Shown one piece after another: positions 24,050 to 37,369 of a stretch of DNA of 64,000 bases. Below the pieces are notes generated by a model, which was not told the origin of the DNA, made no database searches, and worked only from the letters and a program-made list of their open reading frames with translations. Every line of letters starts with the position of its first letter. The first letter of the stretch is position 1. The DNA is from Selaginella moellendorffii (lineage: Eukaryota > Plantae > Lycopodiophyta), in the NCBI RefSeq assembly GCF_000143415.4, contig NW_003314276.1, positions 2,355,072 to 2,419,071 on the forward strand, read 5' to 3'. The translations under genes were made by a program, and so were the position numbers.

Positions 24050-25950
24050 AGGTGGTATCAATGCCACATATGTAATATCTAGAAGATCAATTTATTGAAC
24101 ATCATGCTAAATTTCATAAATTGCAATCTAACTTATAACACTTGATATAATCCCTTCCACTGAACAAGGAGCTCTTAGACAAACAATATATCATAAGATT
24201 GAGAAAACAAACTAATATTAAATCATCCACTTTGTACTCTATAAGTGGATGATGATGAGAGTTATAGTGATTTTGTTGTCTTATTTGTATGTAGCCTAAA
24301 GTGTTTAACATACTCCATTAAAAGAAGTGGAAGAATACTTGTTAAATATAGATCTTAAGACTTAATATTGTTAGCTCGTTGCAATCATGAAAGTAAACTC
24401 AATGATATATGTATACTGAAGATATAACAAATAACTATCCCAATCTAAATGCTAAAGGTTCATCTACTTTGTTATCATCTTTTGAAGGTTCGAACAAATC
24501 GTTCCACCAAACTATTTGTCTGTGGATGATAAACACTTGTGAAAGTGTAGTGTATCCCCAAACAAGATGTTAAAACATGAAATGTCTCAACCATAAATGT
24601 AAAACCATTATTCGAGAGAATCTGCTCTAAACAAGAATGCTAGGACATTACTTGATTGAGGAGGAAATATCTAATAGTACTAGTAAGAGCACTAACTTCC
24701 ATTTAATGAGTTAAGTAGTCAGAAGCAATAATGATATATTCATTACTAGTAGTCGACCATGAAAAAGACCCTATTAGATCACCAACTCAAACAGATGGAA
24801 AACTATAATTAACTCTAATTATCCTTCTGCAATATGAAGGAGAGTATTACAAACTTGGCACCAAATGCAGTTATTCATATACCAAATAACATCATGTTAT
24901 ATCTCCAGTCAATAAAAAGATCTATAGAATTTCTTAATCACACGACAATATTCCATATGCCCATTTAGAATAGAAGAATTATAATAGGCATAGAGAAAGT
25001 GTTGAATAAAACATGAAGGCACCTCCAACCATAAATCATTAGGATCAGTCCCTATAAAATAAAGAAGGTTATCTTCAAAATGATATTAAGAATGTAAATG
25101 CTAAAATGGTAAGTCATTACCAAATGATATAGGATTCTCAAATTTATTACAAAGTTTTTGGATCTACCACCCAACCTTTTAAGCTTCACAAACCATGTCA
25201 AGAGAAAGTAAATTTTGCTCCACACCTTATGGACATTAAATATCAAGTACAACAACTATTAACGATACAAAACCCTTGTTCAAAAAGTCCATTAACGCTA
25301 GAACAATAAGTTCATTAGGAATAGGAGAAAAGAGTGAAGAAGGGAGATGAGTTCAAGAAAAAGCATTAGCATCAACCATAAAACTCTTGGGTAATAAACA
25401 ATTTCAAAATTATATATCTAAAGTTTCAGGGCCCAAACCAAATAACATCACTAAAAACTCATATAAAGTAAATAATATATGAAAAGTAATTTTAGAAATA
25501 TCCTTTTCAGCCATTGGCATTTACCAGTATCCAAAAGTAAAATCTAACTCAATGAATTAATAACCTCTCCCCAAATGATTTAGGAAATCAACAATATGAG
25601 GAAGAGGGTACACATCTAGGATAATCACTTTATTTAATGAACAATAGTCAATGTAGAAGTGAATGCTTCAATTAGGCTTTATCATAAGATGAGGTTCACA
25701 TACCTAAAGACTCCAAGACTTTTGGATAACACCCTTTTCTAACATTTTCTTGACGTTTATGTGTAAAATCTTGATCTTCTTTGATGACTGAGGCAAAATT
25801 GAAGCTTTGATTGGATAGGCATCCTCAGTTGAGATAGAATGACGTGTTGCAATCTTAGCCTCAGACAACATATTAAAGTTGAAGAGATCAACATACTCTT
25901 TCTTGAGTTGATCCACCACTGCAACATAAAGACTATTTGAGGGATCTAGA
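24050..25950 (-). mobile_element. Degenerate Ty3/Gypsy pol (RT best preserved)
   Basis: MLEKGVIQKS, FYIDYCSLNKV..DVYPLPHI and LDFTFGYW*MPMAEKD at ~25500-25750. Confidence 0.75.
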
Positions 25951-26060
25951 GAGGGAATAAAGGAGCAAGATAGAAACACAATAAGAATAATAGGGAGAAA
26001 AAAGTGATGGAAGTAAAGGTAAAAGTGGAAGGATGAAAGGGAATAAAAGTGAGAGGAATG

Positions 26061-26655
26061 TGTAAACAACCAAAGCGAGAGACGATTCATAAGGGTTCAA
26101 ATATAAAGGGAAAGGGCCTATGAATAATAGTGCACTTCCTTTTTTAATCGGTTAAAAGTATTGGGATACTTGCGGTTAAGTGTCCATGGGTTTGAATAAT
26201 ATTAGGCTGGATGACCTCTCAGGAAGTCCAAATCCAAAAGCTTACATTTGGTATTAGAGCAGTCTCAGGTCCAACTTTGTTGGTTGGCTTAGGGAAATCG
26301 CATCACATGTTGATTGACATTTGGTAAGTCTAGTTTGCTCTGGCTGGGCTTGATTGACATTTGGTTGATTGACATTTGGCAAGTCTAGTTTGCTCTGGCT
26401 GGGTTTGATTGACATTTGGCAAATCTAGTTTGCTTTGGCTGGGCTCGACTTGAGGGGTAGGGTGTCAAGAGAGTGGGGCTTTTGGGAGAGCTGCGGCTTT
26501 TAGTTTTCATTCACGAGGGCATGAACTTGTAGGGAAGTGTGGTGGATTATAAAGAACTAAAGAGAATAACTCAAGAAATAATCTATAGAGGTTCAAATAT
26601 AAAAGGAAAGGACCCAAGAATAAAAGTGCACTCAGTTAAGGGTCTTGGGATATTA
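26061..26655 (+). mobile_element. Cassandra-type TRIM: 5' LTR with 5S rRNA segment, PBS, short internal region, truncated 3' LTR
   Basis: LTR 26061-26246 (TGTAAAC...GCTTACA); 5S-like segment 26175-26229; PBS TGGTATTAGAGC 26249-26260; ~300-bp non-coding interior; purine tract before a degenerate second LTR starting at 26548. Confidence 0.85.
26310..26445 (+). repeat. ~39-bp tandem repeat x3 in the Cassandra interior
   Basis: TTGATTGACATTTGGYAAGTCTAGTTTGCTCTGGCTGGG occurs three times, plus a partial unit. Confidence 0.85.
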
Positions 26656-29600
26656 AATATGAGGAAGTATAAAACAAGAGGGAGCAACAACAAAAGATCT
26701 CCTATTATTTTCTCTGTATTGGTTGATATAAGCTTGAGTTTATTTTCTATTGCTCAGTTTGTTGCCACACATTGCCATCTATAGCTGCATTACACGGCAG
26801 AGGCAACTCAAGTTTATTGAGTTTGAACTTCAATTGTTTCGGGTGGTGCTAAGTCAAGTTTTTGACCTCATCCTTGGTATGGATTGGTTGTAGTGCAATT
26901 ATGCCAACTGTGATTTTGAGATAAAAATGAGTTTGGAAAGTAAACATTGAATAAATTATATAAGCAACTAATTTTTCCATTCTACGTTAGCCACTTAACC
27001 ACACTTTTGACCATTTAAAGGAGTCTCACTCACAACCTTCATAAATTTTATTCCCAACTTAAGGATATAATAACCCTGTGAATGACATTTATATCATTGA
27101 ACCTTTGCACTTACTCCAAGTGCTCCATGAATCCCATGACTGACACTTAAAGGTACCATTAATATATTAACCTATTACGTTAAAGCCATGCCCATTCACC
27201 TCGATAGTCTAAGACCATCTGCATCACAGTCCCATCTCTCAAAGACTAGGCCCTTCATACATAAATAATCATCCCTTAACCACACCTTAGCACCCTTAGA
27301 ATGCTTAGAGACATAGGGAACATCCTTCCCCAATATCCCTTCTTTAGTCCTTACCAACTCCTTGTAAGTGACTAAATTTTTCTGCCCATTCACCCTTGTC
27401 ACATTGGTAATTCAAGACTACCTACATCACAGTCTTGTCTCTCAAAAACTAGGCCATCCGTCCATGAGTGGTCATCCTTTGACCACACCTTAACACCCTT
27501 AGGATGCCTAAAGATATAAAGAACACCCTTCTCAAATATCCTTGCTTCCATTCCCCCTAAGTCCCTCTCCCTCCACGGCCATACTTGCCAACATTGCCAC
27601 TGGGTCAAGGCTAAAAGGCCTAACCATTAAATCTCATTGACTTTTGAGATTTTTTCACTATATAATTGTATCTTTCGTCACTATACTAGAGGACTGCTCA
27701 TTTTCCTTTCTATAGTCCGAGACTTTGGGATGATATTTTAAAATACCGTGGCCTTATGCGAGCCTCGTGGTTACTTTCCCCACCTTCTACCCTTAAATGC
27801 CTTAGTCATGTGGCTAGAGTGAAGTTCCAATGAGCCATGCCAAGTATTAAAGTAGGTAGTGCCACCCACATTTGGATTGGGAACATCGACTATTAGATCT
27901 CTTGGGGGAGTTAGAGTTGGCTCATGAAACTTCACCAAGTTACCATGCTTGTCTCTCTATATTCACTTTAGCTTTGAATTCTTTAATCGTTATATCATCA
28001 CCCAACATATGGGTGTAGCCTTCTTTGGTCACATTAGTTTTTTCTAGCCAACTGACTCCATTGAAGTCCTCCTCCTATTATACTTTTGGAGCTCATCAAA
28101 CCCTCCAGGGTCTAAGAGATGATCGCTTTGGGCTTTTACCCTCGGACTCAGACTTGGACTTGGACTTGGACTCAGTCTTGGTCTCGAATTCGGTTTCGGA
28201 CTCAGTCTCAGTCTTAGTCTCGGTCTTGGTCTCGATCTTGATCTTGGTCTCAATCTTGGACTCAGTCTTGGTCTCGAATTCGGTTTCGGACTCAGTCTCA
28301 GTCTTAGTCTCGGTCTCGGTCTCCATCTCGATCTCGGTCTCGATCTCGATCTCGGTCTCAATCTTGGACTCAATCTCAGACTCCATCTCAAGTCTATCTT
28401 GGACTCCATCTTAGGTCCATATCAGACTCCATCTCGGACTTCCATTTTGGGTCTATCTCGGACTCCTTCTCAGACTCCATCTTTAGTTCCTTTGTGAGAC
28501 ACAAATCCCTAAGCCCCAAAGTGGAGCTAAAAGGGTGCCATGTGGTAGTGGCTGAAGTGAAAGCCAAACAAGCGTAACATATTTGGATTAAAAGCTCCGA
28601 CTTGAGGAGTCGAGAGCGGGAGTGGAACTCCCGATGCAGTGCTCAAGAAACAAGCATGAAGCAAGCAATAAAAGAGTCTCTAGAAAAGAGACATAAGAGG
28701 ACTCGAGATGCAGTTCGAGATGGAGTCCGAGATGGACTCAAGATGGAGTCTGAGATGGACCAAGATGGAGTCCGAGATGGAGTCCGAGATGAAGTCCAAG
28801 ATGAACCCGAGATGGAGTTCGAGATGGACCGAGATGGACCCGAGATGCAGTCTGAGATGGAGTCTGAGATGGACCCGAGATGGAGTCCAAGATGGACCCA
28901 AGATGGAGTCTAAGATGGACCAAGATGGAGTTCAAGATGGAGTTCGAGATGGACTAAGATAGAGTCCGAGATGGAGTCCAAGATGGACCCAAGATGGAGT
29001 CTAAGATGGACCTGAGATGGAATCCGAGATAGAGTCTGAGAAGGACCCAAGATGGAGTCTGAGGTTGAGACTGAGGCCGACTCGAGCCCAAGGCCAAGCC
29101 TGAGGCCAAGGCCGAGTCATACCATTTGATGAAATAGTAGGCTTATACTACACTCGCTACAAGCTAAAATCTCTGGGCCGATAAATTGTCAAATTCAAAA
29201 TTTCGGACGACCGGCCTAGTTGTCCAAATGACAAAACTTGGACACGGGTGGCAAAGTGTAGTCCAAACTTCGTTTTCTTGGCCAAACTGACTCCACTGGA
29301 GTCCTCCCCCTTCTATACTTTTGGAGCTCACCAAACCCCCTAGAGTCTGGGAGACGAACGCTTTAGGCTTTCACCCTCGGACTCGGACTCGAACTCGGGC
29401 CAGTTTGGCCCAAGAAGGCTGTACCCAAGTGTTGGGTGATGGGAAGTCCAAGGCTAGAGTGAATATGGACCGATAAACAAGGTAGCTTGGTGAAGTGTTC
29501 AAGAGCTGGCTCTAATTCCCTTGGGAAATTGAATGGTCGATGCTCCTAGTCCAAGCGTGGGTGGCACTACCTACTTGGATGCCTGGCGTGGCTAACGGAA

Positions 29601-32600
29601 CCTTGCTCTAAGCCCATTGCTAAAGCACCCAAAAGCGGAAGGTGGGGAGAGTACTCATGAGGCTCGCATAGGGCCATGGTGTTCCAAAATATTGTCCCAA
29701 AGTCCCAGACTATGGAAAGGAAGAAGGGCAATCCTCTGATGTAGTAACCAAGGCTACGGTCATATGGTGTGGAAGTCCCAAAGGACAATGGGATTTAGTG
29801 GTCGAGCCGGTGAGCCTTGACCCAGTAGCAGTATCGGCGAATACAACCATGGACAGAAAGGGACTTGGTAGGGATTGGAAAAGGGATATTGGGGAATTCT
29901 ATTCCCTATGTCTATGAGCATCCTAAAGATGCTAAGGAGTGGATCTAAGATGACCACTTATGGATGGATGGCTTAGTCTATGAAAGATGGGACTGTGAGG
30001 CAAGTAGTGTTGGACCACTAGTGTGGCAAAGGTAAATAAACATGGCCTTAGCGTAACGGGTTAATATGTCGGTGATACCTTTGGGTGTTAGTCATGAGAT
30101 CAAACAAGTGGAGCACTTGGACCAAGTGCAAAGGTTGAGTGGCATGGATGCCACTCTCGGGGCTAGCAAACCCCAAATTCTAAATTGGACTTATGGAGGT
30201 TGTGAATGACACTCCTTCAAGTGGTTAGAGGTGTGGTTAAGTGACTAAAGTAAAATTACATGCTTACAACTTGGTATCGGAGCTGTTCTTTAGTCTGACT
30301 TTTATTGGTGCTCAAGTATATCACCGCTTGTGTTGGCATCGGAAGGTTGTAGGAGTGGGCCTATCCTTAAGGAGTAGCAAGTCAGGAGGACATGGCTCTC
30401 CACTACAGTTCATGTGTGAACTTGTAGGCAAGGTAGTGGATAGAAAAGGACCAATGAGGGAACGACTTTGGGATCTTAGGAATAATATAAGGTTTTTCTC
30501 AGAGAGTTGAGGATGTGATCCAGATGAGCATTTGACTTAGCAAATTAGCTAATGTAGTTGTGATAAATAACTATAGTTAGGATCACGGGGAAGGTAGAGA
30601 CTCCAAAACAATGAAGGAGTCACAAGATTACCATCATATGGTTGAGGTTGGTGCTCATGAATTTGAGACCAGAATTGATGACCGTAGGAGGTCAAATACG
30701 GAGGAAGATATAAGTCCTTAAAACACTAGCTGGGCTACCTTTTATAAATGCTAGAACAAACCCAAGGAGTTGGGGGTGTGCTCAGAGGATGAGTTGGTAT
30801 TCCCATCATTTGGATGGATAGTCCTAAAGGGCAAAGGTAACCCATGGAAAACGGGGAATGATCAAGTGTTAAAGCAACACTTGCAAAGATGGTCTTTGTG
30901 GGATATGAATACAACAAGATGTATTCTTGTGAATTGACACTTCAACACTAGGACCTCATAGGTCATTTGATTAGCAAAGTACAAAAAATTGGATGACTCA
31001 AGTAGAGTCCGGGAATGGTTCTAAGGGATTGGTAGAAGCATTTGGACTGAGGCATGTTGTGCCTTACAAAGGATGGGGACGATCATAAGAACTAAGTATA
31101 AGAACAGTGAGTATCTCATTGATGGCAGAACATGCCATACTAAAGTCGTAGGAAAAGTGTTCCCCAAAAAAGAAAACAACTTTGGCACAAAATTGTGCAT
31201 AAACTTTATAGTGCAGTGCTAATGGATAGTTGGTATGAGAAACAACTGTATTAGTCTTGGAAAAAACCTAGACATAAGTAAAAAGTGTCATAAGGGTAAA
31301 CTCGTGGAGCTAATGGTGTGGAGACACCGAATGTGCCAAGGTGTGATGCCTTGAGGTTAAGTTGGTGGGTTCATAAGAACCCCTTCTCAAAGGAACCCTA
31401 ACGGAAATGGGAATGACATAGCCTAAGCTGGAAGGTATGTAGTTGGAGTGTGATGACAAATAATGATGGAGGTGTGGAAGCACCAGCAATGAGTTGTAGG
31501 ACTTGACCACTATAAGGCAATTAAGCAAAAGGTGCAAAATAATTAGTTAAATTAGTAAAAAGTAACTACCTTAGACTTTTTATTAGGATAAGGAAGTTGA
31601 ATATACCCTTATAGAGGATAAATTGTTTATGTTGCGATATAGTAAGTCAATGTCATAAAGGAAATGCTCATTAAAAAAGGCTATCATTAGGACACTCAAA
31701 CACTCTAAAACACCAAAAAGTGGTATTTGGTGTCATGAGGGCATTAGATAAGGCCTAAGGGACTAAGTCCCTAACAAATGATGGGTAGTAAATGTTATCC
31801 AATATCCAAAGTTATGGAGACAAAAGTAATCCATTTATCCGAATTGAACAAAGCCAAAAAAAGATTTTGGCAAGACTAGTGGTGGGCATATAAAGGCCCA
31901 TAAGTAACAACGATAATCCCAGTGTATGGGATTACAAGGTGACCTTACTCAGATTGAGGAACCACTCCCTAAGCTATCAAGTAAATTCATCCCTAAGAAT
32001 ATTTGCTAAGGCATGGTAGAAAGTGCAAAGCTATCCTCCTAGTCTAGAAGAGAATAACCGAAAGAAACGTATGAAGCCAAAAGCAAATAGTAAAGGGATA
32101 GAACCGAACCATATTAATTGAAGGGCATAACCAAGGGTGGTTATACAAGTTGGGAGTGAAGAATTAAAAGGGTGCTCGAATGTGTTATTACTAGCAATTA
32201 TGATGCCATAAAGAGTCTAAAATATGGAATTATCCATGTTAGACTATATAGCAAGTAGAAAGCTTGCGAAAGGAGAGGCCTTAGCAAGCTAAGGGACAGA
32301 GTTCCTTCAATGTTCCCAAAGATAATTCTAGGTAATTTAGTACCTAAAAAACTAAATGTAAATGGTTCATAGAATGCGCGAAATCAAAGTGGCACAGTAG
32401 AAGCATGGTCTTAGAGCTTACTATGAGGCAATGCTATCAAAATTTGGGAAGAAATTCCCGAGTGTTCAAAATGATGGCTTTAAACAAAAGTCGATGGTTA
32501 AGGACTTTCACGCTTATGCATGAACCATGTTATAGTGGTCAAATGACTTGCTAAGCTAGGTTGGCAAGTCGGGGGAACAAGTATCCTAGTTGAAGGTGCT

Positions 32601-35600
32601 TACTTCAAAAGAGGCAGCCTATGGGGCCAAGTATGGAGGAGTCCATGCATGATCACAAACTTGTCAAGTGAGAGGACTTAGCAGTGTAGAGGAACTAAGT
32701 TCCTAAGCTGTGATCTATAATGTGCTGTAAGTATAAATTGGTGCACCAGTGTGGGGAGTCATGCCTGGCATCCTGGGTAATGCCATCCGTAGATGCATAT
32801 ACAGAGCTTAGATTTGAATCCCAACCCTCTAGTGCTTGGGTTCGAGTCCCAAATCACTAGGGCATGGTGATGGTTTGAAATATGAGAACACTCATATTTC
32901 AGTGGTCATGGAGTCTCAGTGAGGAGACTGGTTTGAGCACACTGCCAAGTGGGGGATGCCCTAAAGTTGTAATGCACAGTTAGATTGCTTAGAGTGAAAG
33001 TTCGATATATCTAACTTGAACACCTTAATGCAAGTGGCACCAAGGACGTGGTGAATGAGATGGGGACACCCAGTCTCAGTTGCTATGGACCCTTGGCCAA
33101 AAGGGCTGACTTAGGTGCACCGCAAAGTGTAGGGGATGCCCCCAAGGTCATAGTTAACAAGTTAAAGGTCTAGAAGATCTAGTACCTATTGGCAAATCTG
33201 TTAAGGTGATAAAGGTTAAATCACTAGGTGATTTTACAACTAAACAAGGATGAGGTCCTTATGAGACTAAGGAATAAAGTTCCTAGTTCAAAGTGTTGTT
33301 TTGAACTATTGGTAATTGTGTGGCTTGGTCAAGGCAACCAAGTGGGAAGGTCACCTAAAGGGAAATTAGTTGTGCCAATACGATGGTATAGTGAGTCCAA
33401 GAAAATAGTCTCTATTAACGACCCATGGGAAGGTTGCAAAGTGGGGCCATGGATGGAGCCCATAGTAGAAAATGTTAAAGAGACCTACTAGGGGTGAACA
33501 CCCTCTAAATTTAGCAAAGTAGAGCCTTTGCCATGGAACCAAAAGGATACCTCGAGAATGGAGGTAGTGATCGTATGTTACTTGGTACAATAATCAACAA
33601 ATAAGAGTAAAAAATTAATGGCCAAGTTTGGGCCATAGAATTCATTGGAAGGAATTCAAATGGCAAAGTTAGACAAAGAACACCAATATGTTAGGTGTTA
33701 ATGGATTGTGGGAAAGGAAATATGTTTCCAAGGATGGATTCCAAATGCTCTAATTTGGCAAAGATGAAAGTTCTAAAGGAGGGAGTGATAAATTAGCCAA
33801 ATAATAGGGCCGTGAACAGCCCTAACCCAACTTATAATAACTAAAACTTAGTGCTAGAAGTGGCACAAAATAGAAAAGAGGATGATGGTACTCTTAAGGA
33901 GAGAACTTCCTAGAATGGGGAAGTGGAATTTGCACAATATATGCAATAAAAGGTGTCGGAGACATATAAGAAATTGACTTCAAGAAGTTAAGATTAAAAG
34001 TTTCAAAGTGGCCATTTTAGTTTAATATATTTTAAAATAAAAAATAAAAATATGGATAAATTTTAAAAAAAATAAAAACTATTGATAATGAGTAGTGAGA
34101 TTAACATAGAGAAGGTCTCTCTAATGGGTTTAACAAGAAATAACCAATAAAAAAGAAAGAACCACCTCAAGTGGTCAATCGAGTTTTTATATTAAAGAGA
34201 CAATACTCCTTAGAGGATGGGAAGGAATGGTAAGCCTTCGGTGTCAAACCATTGACGAATATTGGCTAGATGCCAAGGATGGAAAGGGTAATATATGTTA
34301 GTGTTACTTTATAAAATGGTTTATCATTCAATAAAGATATTAAACTTCGTTTATAGGTGGTGGAGTTTATGAGACACAAATCCCTAAGCTCAAAGTGGAG
34401 CCGAAAGGGTGCCACATGGTAGTGGCTGAAGTGAAAGCCAAACAAGCATAACATGTTTAGACTAAAAGCTTTGATTTGAAGAGTCGAGAGTGGGAGTAGA
34501 ACTTTCGATGGAGTGCTCAAGAAACGAGCATGAAGCGAGTAATAAGAGAGTCTCTAGAAAAGGGACACAAGAGGACCCGAGATGCAATCTGAGATGGAGT
34601 CCAAGATGGACCCGAGATGAAGTTTGAGATGGATCGAGATGGAGTTCGAGATGGACCCGAGATGGAGTCTGAAATGGACTAAAATGGACCCAAGATGCAA
34701 TCCAAGATGGAGTTCGAGATGGACCCAAGATGGAGTCCAAGATGGACCCGAGATGGAATCCAAGAAGGACCCAAGATGGAGTCCGAGGTTGAGACCAAGA
34801 CTGAGACCGAGACCAAGACTAGGACCAAGACTAAGACCGAGTCTGAGCCCGAGTCCAAGTCCAAGTCCAAGTCCAAGTCCAAGTCTAAGTCCGAAGGTGA
34901 AAGCCCAAAGCGTTTATCTCCTAGACCCTAGGGGGTTTGGTGAGCTCCAAAAGTATAGAAGGGGGAGGACTATAGTGGAGCTAGTTTAGCCAGAAAAGGT
35001 CAATTTGGCCAGAAAAGGCCAATTTGGCCCAGGAAGGCTATACCCAAGTGTTGGGTGATAGGATAACCACTAAGAAGTCCAAGGCTAGAGTGAATACGGA
35101 CCGACAAACAAGGTAGCTTAGTGAAGTGTTCAAAAGTCAGCTTTCCCCCGAGAGATCGAATGGTCGATGCTCCCAGTCCAAGCGTGGGTGGCACTACCTA
35201 CTTGGATATTTAGTGTGGCTCAACGGAAACCTTGCTCTTGGATATTTGGTGTGGCTCAACGGAACCTTGCTCTAAGCCCATGGCTAGAGCACCCAAAGGC
35301 GAAAGGTGGGGAAAGTACCCATGAGGCTTGCGTAGGGCCACGGTATTCCAAAATATTGTCCCAAAGTCCTAGACTATGGAAAGGAAGAGGGGTAGTCCTC
35401 TGGTGTAGTGACCAAGGCTACGGTCACATGGTGTGGAAGTCCCAAAGAATAGTGGGACTTAGTGGTCGGGCTTGTGAGCCTTGACCCAGTGGTAGTGTCA
35501 GCGAATACAGCCATAGATAGAAAGGGACTTGGTAGGGATTGGAAAAGGGATATTGGGGAAGGTTGTTCCTCATGTCTATGGGCATCCTAAGGATGCTAAA

Positions 35601-35623
35601 GAGTGGATCTAGGATGACCATTC

Positions 35624-37369
35624 TATAAGCGACTAATTTTTCCATTTTACTTTAGTCACTTAACCACACCTCTGACCACTTGGAGGAGTCTCATTCACAA
35701 CCTCCATCAGTCCAATTCAGGACTTGGGACTTGCTAGCCCCAAGAATGGCATCCATGCCACTCAACACTTGCACCTGGTCCAAGTGCTCCACGTGTCCGG
35801 TCCCAAGACCGACACCCAAAGGTACCACTGACATCTCGGCCCGTTACGCTAAGGCCATGCCCATTCACCTTTGCTGCACTAGTGGTCCAATACCACTTGC
35901 ATCACCATCCCGTCTCTCCAAGACTAGGCCATCTGTCCACGAGTGGTCATCCTAGATCCACTCCTTAGCATCCTTAAGATGCCCACAGACCTGGGGAATC
36001 GCCTTCCCCAAAGTCCCTTTGTCAGTTCCTACCAAGTCCCTTTCTGCCCTTGGCCGTGTTTGCCAACACTGCCACTGGATCGAGGCCCACAGGCCCGACC
36101 ACTAAGTCCCATGGTCCTCTGGGACTTCCTCACCACACGACTGTGTCCTTGGTCACTACCCCAGAGGACTGCTCCTCTTCCTTTCCACAGTCTAGGCCTT
36201 TGGGACAACATTTCGGAACACCGTGGCCTTACGCGAGCCACCTGGGTACTCTCCCCGCCTTTCGCCTTTAGGTGCTCTAGCCATGGGCTTAGAGCGAGGT
36301 TCCATTGAGCCATGCCTGGTATCCAAGTAGGTAGTGCCACCCACACTTGGATTGGGAGCATCGGCCAGTCGATCTCCCGGGGGAACTAGAGTCGGCTCTT
36401 GAACACTTCACCAAGCTACCCCGCTTGTCGGTCCGTATTCACTCTAGTCTTGGACTTCCCAGTGGTCAGTTCATCACCCAACACTGGGTCTGGCCTTCCT
36501 GGGCCAAACTGGCCTTTCCTGGCCAAACTGGCTCCACTGCAGTCCTCCCCCTACTATACTTTTGGAGCTCACCAAACCCCCCAGGGTCTGGGAGACGAAC
36601 GCTTTGGGCTTTCACCCTCTCAGGCTCCGGACTCGGACTCGGACTCGGACTCGGACTCGGACTCGGATTCGGATTCGGACTCGGACTCGGGCTCGGGCTC
36701 GGTCTCGGGCTCGGCCTCGGTCTCGGTCTCAGTCCCGATCTCGGTCTCGGTCTCGGTCTCGGTCCCGGTCTCGGTCTCGACTTCGGACTCCATCTTGGAC
36801 TCCATCTCGGACTCCATCTCGGACTCCATCTCGGACTCCATCTCGGGTCCATCTCGGGTCCATCTCGGACTCCATCTCGGACTCCATCTCAGGTCCATCT
36901 CGGACTCCATCTCGGACTCCATTTCGGGTCCATCTCGGACTCCATCTCGGACTCCATCTCGGGTCCATCTCGGACTCCATCTCGGACTCCATCTCGGACT
37001 CCATCTCGGGTCCATCTCGGGTCCATCTCGGACTCCATCTCGGACTCCATTTCGGGTCCATCTCGGGTCCATCTCGGACTCCACTTCGGACTCCAACTCG
37101 GGTCCACCTCGGACTCCACTTCGGACTCCATCTCAGACACTCCCACGTGTCATGTGTTGGTCCTTTTGGGTCCCTTTTTGGAGCCTCGCCTTTTGCTCGC
37201 TTCGTGCTCGTTCCTCGAGCACTTCGTTGGGAGTTCCACTCCCGCTCTTGACTTTTCAAGTTGGAGCTTTTGGTCCAAACGTGTTACGCTCATTTGGCTC
37301 TCGCTTCGGCCACTACCATGTGGCGCCCTTCCGGCTCCACTTTGGGGCCTAGGGATTTTGTGTCTCACA
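35624..37369 (-). mobile_element. Family F2 level 4 solo LTR (youngest, 1746 bp)
   Basis: Minus strand TGTGAGACAC...CGCTTATA with perfect TSD CATTC at 35619-35623 and 37370-37374. Confidence 0.92.
36625..37138. repeat. LTR-internal minisatellite: (GGACTC)n, (GGTCTC)n and 11/12-bp GGACTCCATCTC / GGGTCCATCTC units
   Basis: Directly visible. Degenerate versions occur at 28140-28490, 28700-29115, 34575-34890 and 38630-38800. Confidence 0.95.

Noticed and set aside
32825-32860. tRNA-like GGGTTCGAGTCCC (T-arm / B box)
   Set aside because: No cloverleaf or convincing A box could be built, and it lies in a decayed retroelement interior.
36785-37138. CRISPR-like regular repeats
   Set aside because: Contiguous 11-12-bp units with no unique spacers, in a eukaryotic LTR.
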